DNA from: the human T2T-CHM13v2.0 reference genome, Homo sapiens
Assembly: GCF_009914755.1 (NCBI RefSeq)
Contig: NC_060945.1
Direction: 5' to 3' (one strand)
Length of the DNA: 64,000 nt
In this document: in pieces, positions 1-15,625 of the stretch
How positions within the stretch are numbered: the stretch's first letter is position 1
Layout: each line of letters begins with the position of its first letter
Notes under the pieces: model-generated
Told to the model about the DNA's origin: nothing
The model's database searches: none
What the model saw: only the letters and a program-made list of their open reading frames with translations
Position numbers and translations under genes: made by a program

Positions 1-279
<279 letters not shown>

Positions 280-301
280 GTCGAAAATGATCTTCAATAC
301 C

Positions 302-1004
<703 letters not shown>

Positions 1005-1717
1005 GTACTTTGCCAGAATTATTAAAAATGAAAAACGAATGCAACAGGCTGTCCACTGACGTCCACTTCTGAGGCTGCTTTTGAGGCATTACTATTCCAT
1101 GAGCTCAACACCACCCTGTCCTCCCCAGCAGCATCCTCTGCCTCTGCACCCAGAACACGCCCAAGAGACATGGAGGCTCCCAGAGCTGAATGCAGTCACA
1201 TCGAGCCTTATAAAACCTGTGTGTGTCCAAACTGCTGGATTCCACATGAATGTCGGGAATCCTCTCCACCACCACTGAGAACCATGGCTAAAGTATATCT
1301 GAATTTTTTAAGAGAAGAATTTCAGTACCTCCTTGGACTTCAGTTGTTTGTGAGGACTGCTAAATAGCCATTTTCTAAAGCTGAGAGTGTCTGTTTGAAT
1401 GTGGAGTATCATAAAAAGTCACTTAAGGAGTGGTTTTAATGGAAACAGAACCAGCACTCAGAATGCCCTAAATCTTTCCTGTCTTTACCACTGACTGTTA
1501 TACTATATAATAACCATATGGCCTGCATTTCCAGGAGAGTTCCAATTTCATGTATCTTATTACATTAAATTAATAAATAGGCTTATACTGATTCTTAAAG
1601 ATTTTCTTTTTTTAATATTTTCCAAATGTTATACAATAAAGCACGTTTTTTCATAATCAGAAACAAATAAATTTCATTTATATATTATGTGAATATACAT
1701 TTATATTTATATTCTGT

Positions 1718-2367
1718 GCATACAAAAACCCGCATGTGAATGCTTATAGCAATTTTATTCATAATTGCTAAAACTAGGAAGCAGCCACAATGTCCTTCAG
1801 CAGGTGAAGGGATAAATAATCAATGGTATATCACACAAAGGAATATTATCCGGCACTGAGAAGAAATGAGCTAGCAAGCCACAGAAAAATATGGAAGAAC
1901 CTTGAAGACATATTACTAAGTGAAAGAAGCCCATCTGAAAAAGCTACACACTGTATGACTCCAACTACACGACATCCTGGAAAAGGTGAAGCTATAGAGA
2001 CAGTAACAAGAGCAGTGGCTGCCAGGAGATGGGGGAAAGGAGGGATGAACAGGCAGAGCACAAAAGATTTTTAGGGCAGTGAAACTAATTCTGTGGGATA
2101 CTATGTGGTGAACACACGTCATTATACATTGGTCCAAACGCACAGAAGGTACAACACTGAGAGTGAAGCCTGGTGTAAACTATGAACTCTGGGTGGTGAT
2201 GACAGTTGAATGTTGGTTTTCTGTTTGTAAGAAATGCACCAGTCTGGGGCAGGATGTTGGTGGTGGGAGAGGTGGGCCAGGAGTGAGAGAGGAAGGGGCG
2301 TACAGGAACTCTGCGCTTTCCACCCAATTTGGCTGGCAACCTAAAACTCCTCTAAAAATGAAAATCT
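1718..2367 (+). mobile_element. L1M (L1MC-like) 3' end fragment
   Basis: L1 ORF2-end/3'UTR motifs (ctaagtgaaagaagcc, gaaaaagctacacactgtatgactcc). Confidence 0.8.
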
Positions 2368-2373
2368 ACTCAT

Positions 2374-2381
2374 TCTCTCTC

Positions 2382-2461
<80 letters not shown>
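2374..2461. repeat. compound microsatellite (CT)n(CA)20
   Basis: read directly. Confidence 0.97.
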
Positions 2462-2464
<3 letters not shown>

Positions 2465-2625
2465 CAGAGGAGCCAGGGCAAACACACAGGGCTCCTGTTT
2501 ATGGCCACTTGCCTGAAGCAGTGGGCAATCATTCCCTCCACCTCCTTGCCCACAGCCTTGGTTTCTTCTTCCTTCCATAGTATAAAGTGATTCTAGTTGC
2601 TACCCATGAGCTACAGGCATTATTA

Positions 2626-3040
<415 letters not shown>

Positions 3041-3380
3041 TCACTGCTTGCCTCCAGAGAGAAGCAGTCCACTGGGGACACGGTGCCGCTGCAGCCATGT
3101 GACAATAAGGATGGCTTTCACACCAGAGCAGCAGGGAAAATTGGACAAGAGGGGCCCTCGGAGACCGAGGTCATCTAAACACAGCCAATCACCAGATACG
3201 CCACAGAGGCGAAGAGAAGGGCCAACCCTGCATTTTCTGCCACAGGAGAATGTATTGTTCTCTCCAACTGAGAAAGCAGATTGCGTTACATTTCTCCACA
3301 TAAATGAACTTACACAGAGGGCATGGGGGTAGTAAAAGGTGCTGGACGAGAGAATAAATATTGACTAAAACATCTATCTT

Positions 3381-3440
3381 GGGGAGGGGGCGCATGCGTT
3401 CCCCTGGCTGTCGCGTGAAAATTTTTGCTTTATAAATTGG
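3381..3440. promoter_or_regulatory. candidate regulatory motif cluster (GC/GA box, NRF1-like, XRE, TATA-like)
   Basis: ggggaggggg, GCGCATGCG 3390-3398, TCGCGTG 3411-3417, TATAAAT 3431-3437 in unique DNA. Confidence 0.3.
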
Positions 3441-3944
3441 GGAGGTTATTAAAAGGACGTGAGATGCATGGAATTAATGAACAACTATCTGTGAAAATCT
3501 ATCCTAATTAGGAAACAACATGTACATGCCTGAAACAGCAGGCCAGTAGGGAGGGCCTGAACAGAAAGAAAACAAGGAGCGAAAACAAAATAAGGCTGTC
3601 TAGCAAATGAGGGCATCATTCTTCCTCTAGATTTAAAATTCAACAGGAACATGGCTTTTTTCCTCCGTAATGGCTGTGAAATTGATTGGGATATAGGCTA
3701 ACAGAGGTCCCCAGAGTGCTAAACTAAATTAGAGGAAGTCTTATAATTACAGCTAGCAGTTAATTATTATATGATGGGAATTGTAATCAAAGTAACAGAT
3801 ACACTATTATTTTCCATCTTCTCTGCAAAACACATCTAACAAAGTCTCTTAAGAGGAGTAGAGGGGCTTGTTTGTGGTTCAACTTATGCCGATTCCTACT
3901 GCCCAAAATCCAAACAAGAACCTCGCTCCTGCAGGTGACTTGGG

Positions 3945-4222
3945 CTGTGACCTCGGCGCCTGCCCCATTCCTGCCTTTCCCACGCATGCCTCCTGCCAAT
4001 CTTCAATACATTCGCGGGTCCCTCTGCCTGGAATGCTCTTTCTCTAGATTTCCACGGGGTCTCTCCCTCCACGCAGACCTCAGGATCACACCTCCTGGGA
4101 GAAGTATCCACTGACCACCCTGTCTAAAATAGATACCTATCACCCCCTCCATGTTTATTCTCCTACCTGCCCCACTGTAGCTCCCGAAACACTGTCTGGC
4201 TCTGAGTTGGTCCTCAATAAAT
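3945..4222 (+). mobile_element. L2 3' fragment
   Basis: ccctctgcctggaatgctctt, ctgaccaccctgtctaaaatag, ctcaataaatat. Confidence 0.65.
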
Positions 4223-4648
<426 letters not shown>

Positions 4649-4879
4649 TTTAAATAATATTTTATGCCCTTCCACTTTTCTAATAGTGGAAAGAAACCAA
4701 AGCAAAGGGATCCTTCGATCGCTGTGATATGATTGTATTTAAGCGAACAACATTCTAGCAAGACCTATATTCAGACCAGCCTGGAAGTGATAAAGTCTGT
4801 GTTCAACTTAGCAGCAGATCTTTAGATGTAACATCAAAGAGGTAATGAAAGGGAATTAGGATTTTTTAGGTATCTTTTA

Positions 4880-5060
4880 TATTCTAAGCACTATGTTTGG
4901 CTCTGAAGAGATATGATCTCTTAACAAAGAACTATCATGCCCGTTTGTAAGTGTCATTTTATAAACAGCAAAAAACTGAGGCAGAGAAGTTGTTCAAAGT
5001 CACATATACAGCAAGTGCCAAATTCCTATACAGATCTTTTTGCATCCAAAAGCTCTAAGG
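4880..5060 (-). mobile_element. MIR fragment
   Basis: aaactgaggcagagaagt...aaagtcaca core. Confidence 0.55.
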
Positions 5061-6579
5061 GTCCATGTTTCAAACCGCTTCCTTCCTCTTTTCCTTTCTC
5101 TCCTCTTTTCCTCCCATTTTAATTCCTTTGAAAAAAATTCAGAAGTAGAAACCAATATACAAAAATCTTGATACCTGCCACCCAAAATGAACATTTCTAA
5201 TTTAAATCATGAAAATCACATTGACCAAATCAGCTCCTGGTTTAAGTTGCCCAATATCCCCGCGCCAGAAATGAGATAACAGGACAAAGAGCTGGTGAAA
5301 CCTCATTCAAATTACAATTTATGGCCATCCTTCCTGGCTTGGTGCCAACACGTTATGATCCAAATCTGTTAGGGGGAGTCTTCCCAGTCAAAGGCAGCTC
5401 TGTGTAAAACAAACCTCTCTATACAGAAAGAAACGCTTTCATTCCATTCCAGAAGTCAGAATGTGAAGATGCTGGGCTGCTTTCTGCCAGGGCAAAACGA
5501 AAGACATGGAAAACAGGGAAATGAGAAGGGACAGAGGCAACAGGTCTCACACTAACCATTTACAGATAACAAAGGAACTTCAGAATTCTTCCCTGCTACC
5601 TTGTAGAATGGATGAACCATGGAATACCTGATAAACTTCTAAGCAAGCTTCAGCCTGCCCCTGTGCAGATCTGCACAGACTCCAAGTACCTCCCACTGCC
5701 ATGGGATGTACATGGACCAATGTGTTGGCTTCCCTTTGACCTCCCCCCTACAACCTCCCCCAACCTCCCCTCTGCACCAGCAGAATGGGACCCAGGGGCA
5801 CAGGAAGTGCCTAATCTCTGCAAGCAAATGTCAATCTTCAGGGCAAAAAAAAAAAAAAAAAAAAAAGCTTTGTTCTTTAGAACCAGAGTTGAAACTAGGT
5901 TGAAATGACCACATCAATTCACTAACTTGAATTCACAAAGGAAGCACCTGTTTTCAGAAAGGCGTGTAAAATTGTAAAACAATCTTACTTTTTATGCCAT
6001 CCTTCTGAATGAAGAACTGTGGATAAGCTGGGCCTGGGGGAGACCTGGTCAGTTTTCCCACACAGTGGTAATGGTTTGTGTTACTGAAGAAAATGTCAAA
6101 AATTTTTTCTTAAATAAACCACCACATAATTTTACTCCACTAAAAATGAGAAATAACATAGCCATGGGAAGTAGCCCACATCTTTTGTATTCTCCATCAC
6201 ACTTCAAATATCTAAACACCTGACCAAGCACATAAAGAAATGGTGGATGTGCTATCACTGCAAAATTCCAACTGTAGGCAGAAGTTTGCCATCCTCATAG
6301 CACAGTACACAGTTCCCAGACAGGAAAATTCTTTGTGCTCCCTCAGTAAAGGAGAAAAATTATGACCAATTACAATAACAAGGGCATTAGCCACTTTGAT
6401 AAATATCTAAGCAGGCTTCCGTCTGTGCCTGGGCAGATATGGAGAACGATTTAGTGTGATATGAGAATACAGAGTTGATCACTTATCTTGTGAAACTGAA
6501 GAAGAAAGAGAAATGTAAACGTCAGCATCTCTTATCACCCAGGCTCTGACTCTTCTCAAACTATTAAAAATAGCCTTTG

Positions 6580-6733
6580 GGATGGGCCCGGTGGCTCACG
6601 CCTATAATCCCAGCACTTTGGGAGGCTGAGGCTGGCAGCTCACCTGAGGCCAGGAGTTCGAGACCAGCTTAGCCAACATGGAGAAACCCCATCTCCACTA
6701 AAAACATAAAATAAATAGATAAATAAAATAAAA
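6580..6733 (+). mobile_element. Alu left monomer with TSD
   Basis: left arm only; TSD taaaaatagcctttg at 6565-6579 and 6734-6748. Confidence 0.9.
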
Positions 6734-7806
6734 TAAAAATAGCCTTTGCCAGAAACTAAAAAGAAACAGCAAAGCCAAAATTAATTCCACAAGGCGGAAT
6801 TGGTTGCTTTACTCATTTATACTATGTATAATAAAGAGTAATAAATTTCTATTATTATAAATCTTACTTTGACATTTTAGATATAACATCAATGCCCCCT
6901 GAGATATACTAAAATTTGTCTATAAAGCAAGGAAATTATTTTTTTTTAATATTGGCTTGGATAAGTTCTCTCTTTAAAATTTATATGAGAATATCCTTAA
7001 ATACTTCGTGCCATTTCAAACCGATTTTGATTTAAGATATATTACAATCTATTAAAGTTTTAAAAATAATAAATTAACGTTTAGGTCAACTAAATTAAAT
7101 AATTATATACAATACATTATTGCTTTAAATCCCAAGGCAAAGAAAGGAAATTGCTTCTTCAGGCTGACAGAATGAATTGTATGCATCCACTGTGGGGGGA
7201 AATACCTTCTTCATCTAAAAGAGCTTGCCCCAAAAGTTTCTATTGCTCACAGCAAAGGTTGCAAAATGTGAACATTTCTAAAATGGAGGATTTTGTGTCT
7301 TGAGATATATGTTATAGCCCAAGAGATGAGTAAACCATAGCTGTTACAAAGAGGTGTTATCTGAAATTTTCCAAGCTTAAATTCAATATGACATTTAGCA
7401 TTATTAAAACCCATTAAGATTTTTGACTTTGAGTTGATACAAGCGAAATGAGTGGCCCCCTGCACAAATAGACATGCCTTTCCCTGGATCATCAAAGCCA
7501 ATATACCAGCTCATAAATGTCTCTCACAAGTTTTCTTTATTCCCCTAACTCAAATAAAGCTAACTTCATGGTTGCCTTGGAAAACAGACCTTTTTCAGAG
7601 AATGTTGACACTTTCATTGATTTCTAAGGGCTCCTGATAGCGTATGGGCACACACATACACTCACTCACACATATAAGTCAGAGAAGCCTGACTGTCAGC
7701 TGTATATGATCCTATCTACCAAAAAAAACAAACAAAAAAACAAAAGCTAAACCAGAATTTTAAAGAATTGGAAGGAAATATAAGGGGAAATATAAGGACA
7801 ACACTC

Positions 7807-8115
7807 TTTTTTTTTTTCCTTTTCTTTTTTTGAGACGGAGTCTAGCTCTGCCACCCAGGCTAGAGTGCAGTGGCGTGATCTTGGCTCACTGCAACCTCCA
7901 CCCCCTGGGTTCAAGCAATTCTCCTACCTCAGCTCCCGAGTAGCTGGGACTACAGGCACCCACCACCACACCCGGCAAATTATTTTTGTATTTTTAGTAG
8001 AGACAGGATTTCACCATGTTAGCCAAGCTGGTCTCAAACTCCTGACCTCAGGTGATCTGCCCACCTCAGCCTCTCAAAGTGCTGGGATTGCAGGCATGAG
8101 CCACCGCACCCGGCC
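7807..8115 (-). mobile_element. Alu (AluS)
   Basis: reverse-complement dimer. Confidence 0.95.
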
Positions 8116-8254
8116 AGACACCACACTTTCTGATTTATAAATTAGAGCAGTGGCAGCACATGCTGAAATATACACTCCAGGAGAGCAAGATCTTTGTGGA
8201 TTTTCTGCACTCCTATATCCCAACTGCCTAGTAAAGTGCCTTTGAATGGATTTT

Positions 8255-8400
8255 AGCTCATGGAATCCTCTCAACGACATGATGAGACAGGTACTATTCC
8301 TACCCCATTTTACAGATAAGGAACTGAAATTCAAAGAACTTCGTTACCAAAGTGACACAGCTGGTTAGTGGGGCATAGAAGCCTTTAGGTCTTGCCCAGT
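8255..8400 (-). mobile_element. MIR fragment
   Basis: ccccattttacagataaggaactga core. Confidence 0.7.
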
Positions 8401-8494
8401 CCTCTTCTCTGTCTTTACCATTTGGTTACTGTATTCCTGTCATCCAGTGACTTCAACACACATCAGAAGTCCTTGACTATTAAAGTGGAATCCC

Positions 8495-8778
8495 GGCCGG
8501 GCACAGTGGCTCATGCCTGTAATCCCAGCACTTTGGGAGGCCGAGGTGGGTGGATCACCTGAGGTCGGCAGTTCGAGACCAGCCTGACCAACATGGAGAA
8601 ACCCCGGCTCTACTAAAAATACAAAAATTAGCTGGGCATGGTGGCAGGCTCCTGTAATCCCAGCTACTCAGGAGGCTGGGCAACAAGAGCAAAACTACTC
8701 TTGCCTGGGCTACTCCAGCCTGGGCAACAAGAGCAAACTTCATCTCAAAATAAATAAATAAATGAATAAATAAATAAA
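8495..8778 (+). mobile_element. Alu (AluSp-like) with rearranged right arm
   Basis: ctgaccaacatggagaaaccc diagnostic; TSD taaagtggaatc; (TAAA)n tail. Confidence 0.9.
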
Positions 8779-9334
8779 TAAAGTGGAATCACTGCAGGGT
8801 GAGTCTGCATTTTTTAAGTCGAAGTTAGGAACTCAAAAAGTAAACAAGTGCATATGAAAAGATGAATTCATATGCACTAAGTTAATTCAAAAGCATGAAT
8901 GAAAGTATTTTTTAAACTAAATATTCATTGGTGATGTCATGTATCCAATGACCTCTGCCCCTAGTCAGTGTTAGTAACCAGCTCTTCATCAGCTACAGAT
9001 AGACTCCAGCACTTCTGTACCTCTTCCTCATTCTACTGTCTAGACCTGAAATTTTAACTGGGAAAAGCTGGAAGCTAACACTAGGCAAGAAAAAATGGGC
9101 CCTGCCCTCCTATTGTAGCCTAGAGCCGAATATAAACAATGGTAAACTGTTCCTCTATTGGGATATGGCAGCCATGTCAATCATTGCTTCCCAACAATCC
9201 CACCTTTTGGAGAGCCTGCCTGGGCAAGTCTGAGACCACCCATCATACATACACCCTTGCATCCCAGCAGAAGCTAAGTGAATACATGACTCAGTATTGG
9301 CCAAACAGACTCTCACTTAAAAATTTGGAATTAA

Positions 9335-9612
9335 GATTGGGCTCATGCCTGTAATCCCAGCACTTTGAAAGGCTGAGGCTAAAGGATCGCTTGAGCCCAG
9401 GAGTTCGAGACCAGCGAGACCCCATCTCTACAAAAAATATAAAAATTAGCTGGTCATGGTGGTATGCACGCCTGGAACCCTAGCTACTCAGGGGGCTGAG
9501 GCAAGAGGATTGCTTGAACCCAGAAGTTCGAGGTTGCAGTTAGCTAGAACCGCACTACTGCCCTCCAGCCTGGGAAACAAGGCAAGACTCTATCTCTTAA
9601 AAAAAAAAAAAA
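9335..9612 (+). mobile_element. Alu (AluJ), small internal deletion
   Basis: ggatcgcttgagcccaggagttcg J diagnostics. Confidence 0.9.
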
Positions 9613-9618
9613 ATTGGA

Positions 9619-10041
<423 letters not shown>

Positions 10042-10349
10042 TCAGAGACCAACCAAGAAAGTCAGTCTGCAAGTAGGAACAAGAAAATGGCAAAACCTTG
10101 CAGAGAAAAGCAAAAATTGACACTATGGGGGCCTCTGAGAGATGCAGGACCAACGTCTCTTCCTGATTTTCCTGCTTTACAAGGCCCGCACAACCCTGGC
10201 CGTCCACGACATTTCCCATATCCCTTCAGTAACACCATTTTTGCATGAGTTCACTTGAGAGAGCTTCTTCACATTTCATCATAACCAAAAGATCCCAAGA
10301 ACATAGTATTTCCCCCCTCAGTTTCTCCCCGTTAGAAAAACTGACTAAA

Positions 10350-10723
<374 letters not shown>

Positions 10724-10837
10724 TCATAATCACAGACCACTGCCAACATCCCTGAAATGCCGAATCCCAAAAGGCAGCATGACTCAGAAGAATTTGAATT
10801 ATCCCAAGGTTAACAGTTAAGTATAAAGATGATATAC

Positions 10838-11132
10838 TTTTTTATTTTTTTAAGACAGAGTCTTGCTCTGTCATCCAGGCTGGAGTGCAGTGGCACAGTC
10901 TTGGCTCACTGCAACCTCCGCCTCTCCGGTTCAAGTGATTCTCCTGCCTCAGACTCCTAAGTAGCTGGGACTACAGACGCGTGCCACCACACCCGGCTAA
11001 TTTTTTGTATTTTTAGTAGAGACGGGGTTTCACCATGTTAGCCAGGATGGTCTCGATCTCTTGACCTCGTGATCCGCCCGCCTAGGCCTCCCAAAGTGCT
11101 GGGATTACAGGCGTGAGCCACTGCTCCCGGCC
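10838..11132 (-). mobile_element. Alu (AluSc/Y-like)
   Basis: TSD gatga(t/c)atactttt. Confidence 0.93.
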
Positions 11133-11494
11133 GATGACATACTTTTTTAAGAAAAAATTCCATAGTACAGAGAAAACAAAAACAACTCCCCGCTGCTTTT
11201 TTTGAAGAAAATCTACCAAGCTCTCAGGCTGTTTTTCAGCTATTCAGGTAGCGCTACAGAACAAGGCCAGTCTGACTCATGATAGCTCAAAATTATAAAA
11301 TAATCTACCATGGATTCAGCCTTACTGGTTTCAAATACACATAACATACAAACAGATGCCCAGATAAATACATAAAGAAGTGAAGCTAGAATAAGGAATA
11401 GTCTAAAAATTGCTGGGGGCTGGAGAATAGAGAGATCCCTTCTGCTTGATGCATCTTGCTTGATACTGGAAGAAAGAACGAGGAGAAAAGTCAA

Positions 11495-11660
11495 AAAATG
11501 AATTAGACAGTCCCTGCCCTCAAAGACTTCCTAGTCTAGCTGAGAAGACAGTCACCCTCACAAATAGCTCAAATCCAGGGCAGATAGTGACAGAGGCTAA
11601 TTGGAAGTCTCAGCAAAGCGTGATGGGATCACGGAGGCAGGAGCAATTAATCACAGGCAA
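11495..11660 (-). mobile_element. L2 fragment
   Basis: gacagtccctgccctcaaagacttcctagtctag. Confidence 0.55.
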
Positions 11661-12189
11661 GCCAAGCAGGCGACACTTAGCCGCAACTCACACAGGGCTG
11701 TCATTGTAAAAGGAAATCCACTCTAACAGTTATCATGAAATTGCATCCATGATCTTTGAGTCTTATCAGTCCATACCTTTTATCTGATTAATCGAAATCC
11801 CACCCTTTTCCAGGAAAAACAACATTTGTTTATCATTCCCTCCAAGAGCTCTTAAGATGACACAATGACCTTGAATTATCCTTTTATCTTTAGAAAATAT
11901 CCTCCCTCTGAAAAGGCAACAAAAAAGTGAAGATAATAACCCCAAGGAGTTCAAGACCATAAATGAAAATAACCAAATTGCTTGGTCTCTATCCCATAAC
12001 TGAGCTGCTGGACTTCACAGTCCACTCAACTGTTTGCCGTGTTAAAAATACTTAAGCAAACAGAGCTATGCTAAAAAGCCATGTGTCTATACAACATTTA
12101 TTACAGTCTTAGACAGAGGTTCTGTCCCTCATCAAAAAACACTGGTCAAATCCTACACTAAGTCCTATTTTAAAGAGGAAAAAAAAAAG

Positions 12190-12540
12190 TGTATGCCAAG
12201 CTAATGAAATTCCAGTATGGTCTTTTTTTTTTTTTTTAAGAGATGGGTCTCTTTATATTGCCCAGTCTGGTCTGGAATTCCTAACTCAAGTGGTCCTCCT
12301 ACCTCAGCCTCCTGAGTAGCTGGGATTACAGACTTGAGCTACCACTTCCACCTATTTATTGTCTGCAATTCTGTGACTTGCATTGTGCCAATTTCAATTT
12401 CCTGGTTTTGATAATGCAGTATAGCTAAGTAAGATGTCACCACTGGGGAAAGCTGGGTGGTGGGTACCCAGGACCTCTCTATTATCTTTCAACTTCTTGT
12501 AAGTAAGTCCACAATTATTTAAAAATAAAGTTTAAAAAAA
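12190..12540 (+). mobile_element. L1MC-like 3' end interrupted by a FLAM
   Basis: caatttcctggttttgataat...gtaagatgtcaccactggggaaagctggg. Confidence 0.65.
12223..12352 (-). mobile_element. FLAM / Alu monomer
   Basis: single diverged Alu arm with poly-T. Confidence 0.8.
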
Positions 12541-12646
12541 CACTCATGACATTTATCATTTTGCAGAGCTCTACCAATATCCAACAGCTCCCTGTTCCTC
12601 CTAGATCCTAATATTTTGATATTGGCCCTTAAAACTTGCAGATACA

Positions 12647-12967
12647 GGCCAGGCATAGTGGGCATGCCTGTAATCTCAGCACTTTGGGAGGCCGAGGCAG
12701 GAGGAATGCTTGAGCCCAGGAGTTTGAGACCAACCTGGGCGAGAGAGTGAGACCCCCTCATCTCTACACAGAAATAAAAAAATTAGCCAGATATGGTGGT
12801 GCACAAACTGTGGTCCCAAGTACTCGGAAGGCTAAAGGCAGGAGGATCACTTGATCCTAGGAGGTCAAGGTTACAGTGAGCCATGATCATGCCACTGCAC
12901 TCCAACCTGGGTGACAGGGCAAGACCGTGTCTCAAAAATAAATAAATGAATAAATCACAATAACAAA
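12647..12967 (+). mobile_element. Alu (AluJ)
   Basis: J diagnostics; TSD aaaacttgcag(a/g)taca. Confidence 0.93.
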
Positions 12968-13155
12968 AAACTTGCAGGTACAATTCAGCAAACACATGAC
13001 CCTGCTCCTGGGAGGGGCAGCCAGAAAGGGCATTTCCAGCACAGTTCACTCTCTTCAAGAGTCCAAGAAAGTCAATGTCCTCAGCCTATCCCCACCCTGG
13101 ACCGGTTCCTTTGCTTTGCTCTGCCACTAATCCCCCTTCCCGAGCCCACTTCCCC

Positions 13156-13522
13156 TGTATTAGTCCACTTTCACACTGCTGATAAAGACATAACTGAGAC
13201 TGGGCAATGTACAAAAGAAAGGTTTATTGGACTTAACAGTTCCACATGGCTGGGGAGGCCTCACAATCATGGTGGAAGACAAGGAGGAGCAAGTCACATC
13301 TTTCATAGATTGCAGCAGGCAAAAAAAAGAGCTTGTGCAGAGAAAGTCCCATTTTTAAAACCATCAGATCTCATGAGACCCATTCACTATCACAAGAACA
13401 GCACGGGAAAGCCCCGCCCCCATGATTTAATCATCTCCCACTGGGTCCCTCCCACAACACATGGGAATTATGGGAGCCATAAGATGAGATTTGGGTAGGT
13501 GACACAGAGCCAAACCATATCA
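13156..13522 (-). mobile_element. THE1 (ERVL-MaLR) solo LTR
   Basis: tgtattagtcc...ccaaaccatatca, full length. Confidence 0.9.
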
Positions 13523-13974
13523 CCTCCCAACACACACAACACAGATGGGAGACATTTAAAAGTGATATTAAGAAAAGCAAAACCAAGTCAGAGTCTCCAA
13601 CCACAAAACTCACCTCCACCTTCCTAAGCCTTAACTCTAATAAACCTCAACCATATTTGCTTTAAAAGTATAAAAGACTGGGCTCCTATGGAATTCAAAA
13701 CACAAGACATACTCAAAGAGATTGCCGTCATCCTAAATTCTTCTCAAAGATACACAAACGTGCAAGCCCTGCTGGTGATCACTGGCTTAGCAGTGATTAA
13801 TATGGCTCAACACCCACCCCCACCCCACTCAACACAAATTGAGTCCCATGGCTTAAATGTTATCTTAAAAAAAAAAAAAAAATCACTCCTAACATTGTCA
13901 CTCTTGAGCAGGTTCCCAAGATAAAATCCAGACATCATTATAATTTATTAAACTTTTGAGAACTTTAATACTAG

Positions 13975-14235
13975 GCCTATAGAGCAATGATTAAGAGAAG
14001 GAATTTGATGCTAAAGAGGTCAAATCCCTTTAGCTGGATGCATATAGAACCCACCCTTTAAGACCTGAATAATCTTAAGCAAGTTACTTAAACTTTCTCT
14101 ATAAAATGGAGAGGATGATAGGATTAGTTAGAATCCTGCTTCATTATAATTCTCGGGAAGATTAAATAATTAATACAAAAAAGCTTTAGAACAGGGCCTG
14201 CCCTACAGCAAGCATGTGTTGTCTATTATTATTAC
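13975..14235 (+). mobile_element. MIR
   Basis: cttaagcaagttacttaa...ctataaaatgg...ttagaacagggcctg. Confidence 0.65.
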
Positions 14236-15216
14236 TAATGCAATAAACTTTCATCAAGCACCTGGGTCCCAAACTCTACGAATGCAAGATAAAAGAAGGC
14301 ACAGCCATGATTCTGGAAGAATCTGCATGTTACTAAATATTCAGACAGAGAAAAGTCAGACCATGCTGGTGCCACCAGCCCATCAGAGCTCTCAGCCCTG
14401 TAGGTAGAACTTACGAGTCACAAATAAAACTCCAACAAAGCAGACATGAAATGTCAGTGGTATGTGTCACTCTACCCCTCCTCATTCAATTTTCACCTTA
14501 AAAAAAATCAACAAACTCCCAAATACACTGCCCTGTTTCACACAAAGTTTGTGCCATTAGATGAGTTTTTTAAGTTCTGCAGATCACTCTATTAAAACAC
14601 CAGACATACCAATAACACTGCAACTACTGGCCAAAACCATTCTCCTCCCTTCTTGTCCTTCTTTCCCAGGACACTTTTAAGGTCATACACCAATGACATC
14701 CCCAACATTCCCATGAGCAAGGGAAGGATTCCCGGGAAAGTGACAGCTCTCACTAGGAGGCAGAGCTCCGTGCCATATTGATGAGGTTCTCTCGAAACAT
14801 CTCAAAAGCAGGGATCCTTGTGGTTTCTGAAGTGTTGCCAATCACACAAAGAAAGCCTAATGCATGGTTTTCAAGTCAGTTTTATAAAACGATTCCAAAC
14901 CTCTAAGTGTGTGAAGCCAAAATTGTAAACGCTGCTAAAATCCCTGGAGTTGTTTAATATTGTTTATTACGATTCCTCTTGGCACCTCCAAAGTCTCTCA
15001 TCCTGGGCTCATGGAGCATTTTATTAATTTACACACCATCAGTGGAGTTCACAGATGGTGGGACCGAAACACGAAGAAGCGGCTCAAGCACCTCGGCAAA
15101 GATCCCAACAACTTGTAAATAAACATAGCTCTAAAAGACCCAGAAGTCTCAACCTCCTCTCCCAAGCACTACTGCTACCACTGGTGCTGAGGTGAGCCAC
15201 TGTATACCCTGGTTAA

Positions 15217-15625
<409 letters not shown>

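Noticed and set aside
5845-5866. Isolated A22 tract
   Set aside because: No TSD, polyadenylation signal or recognisable retroposed body
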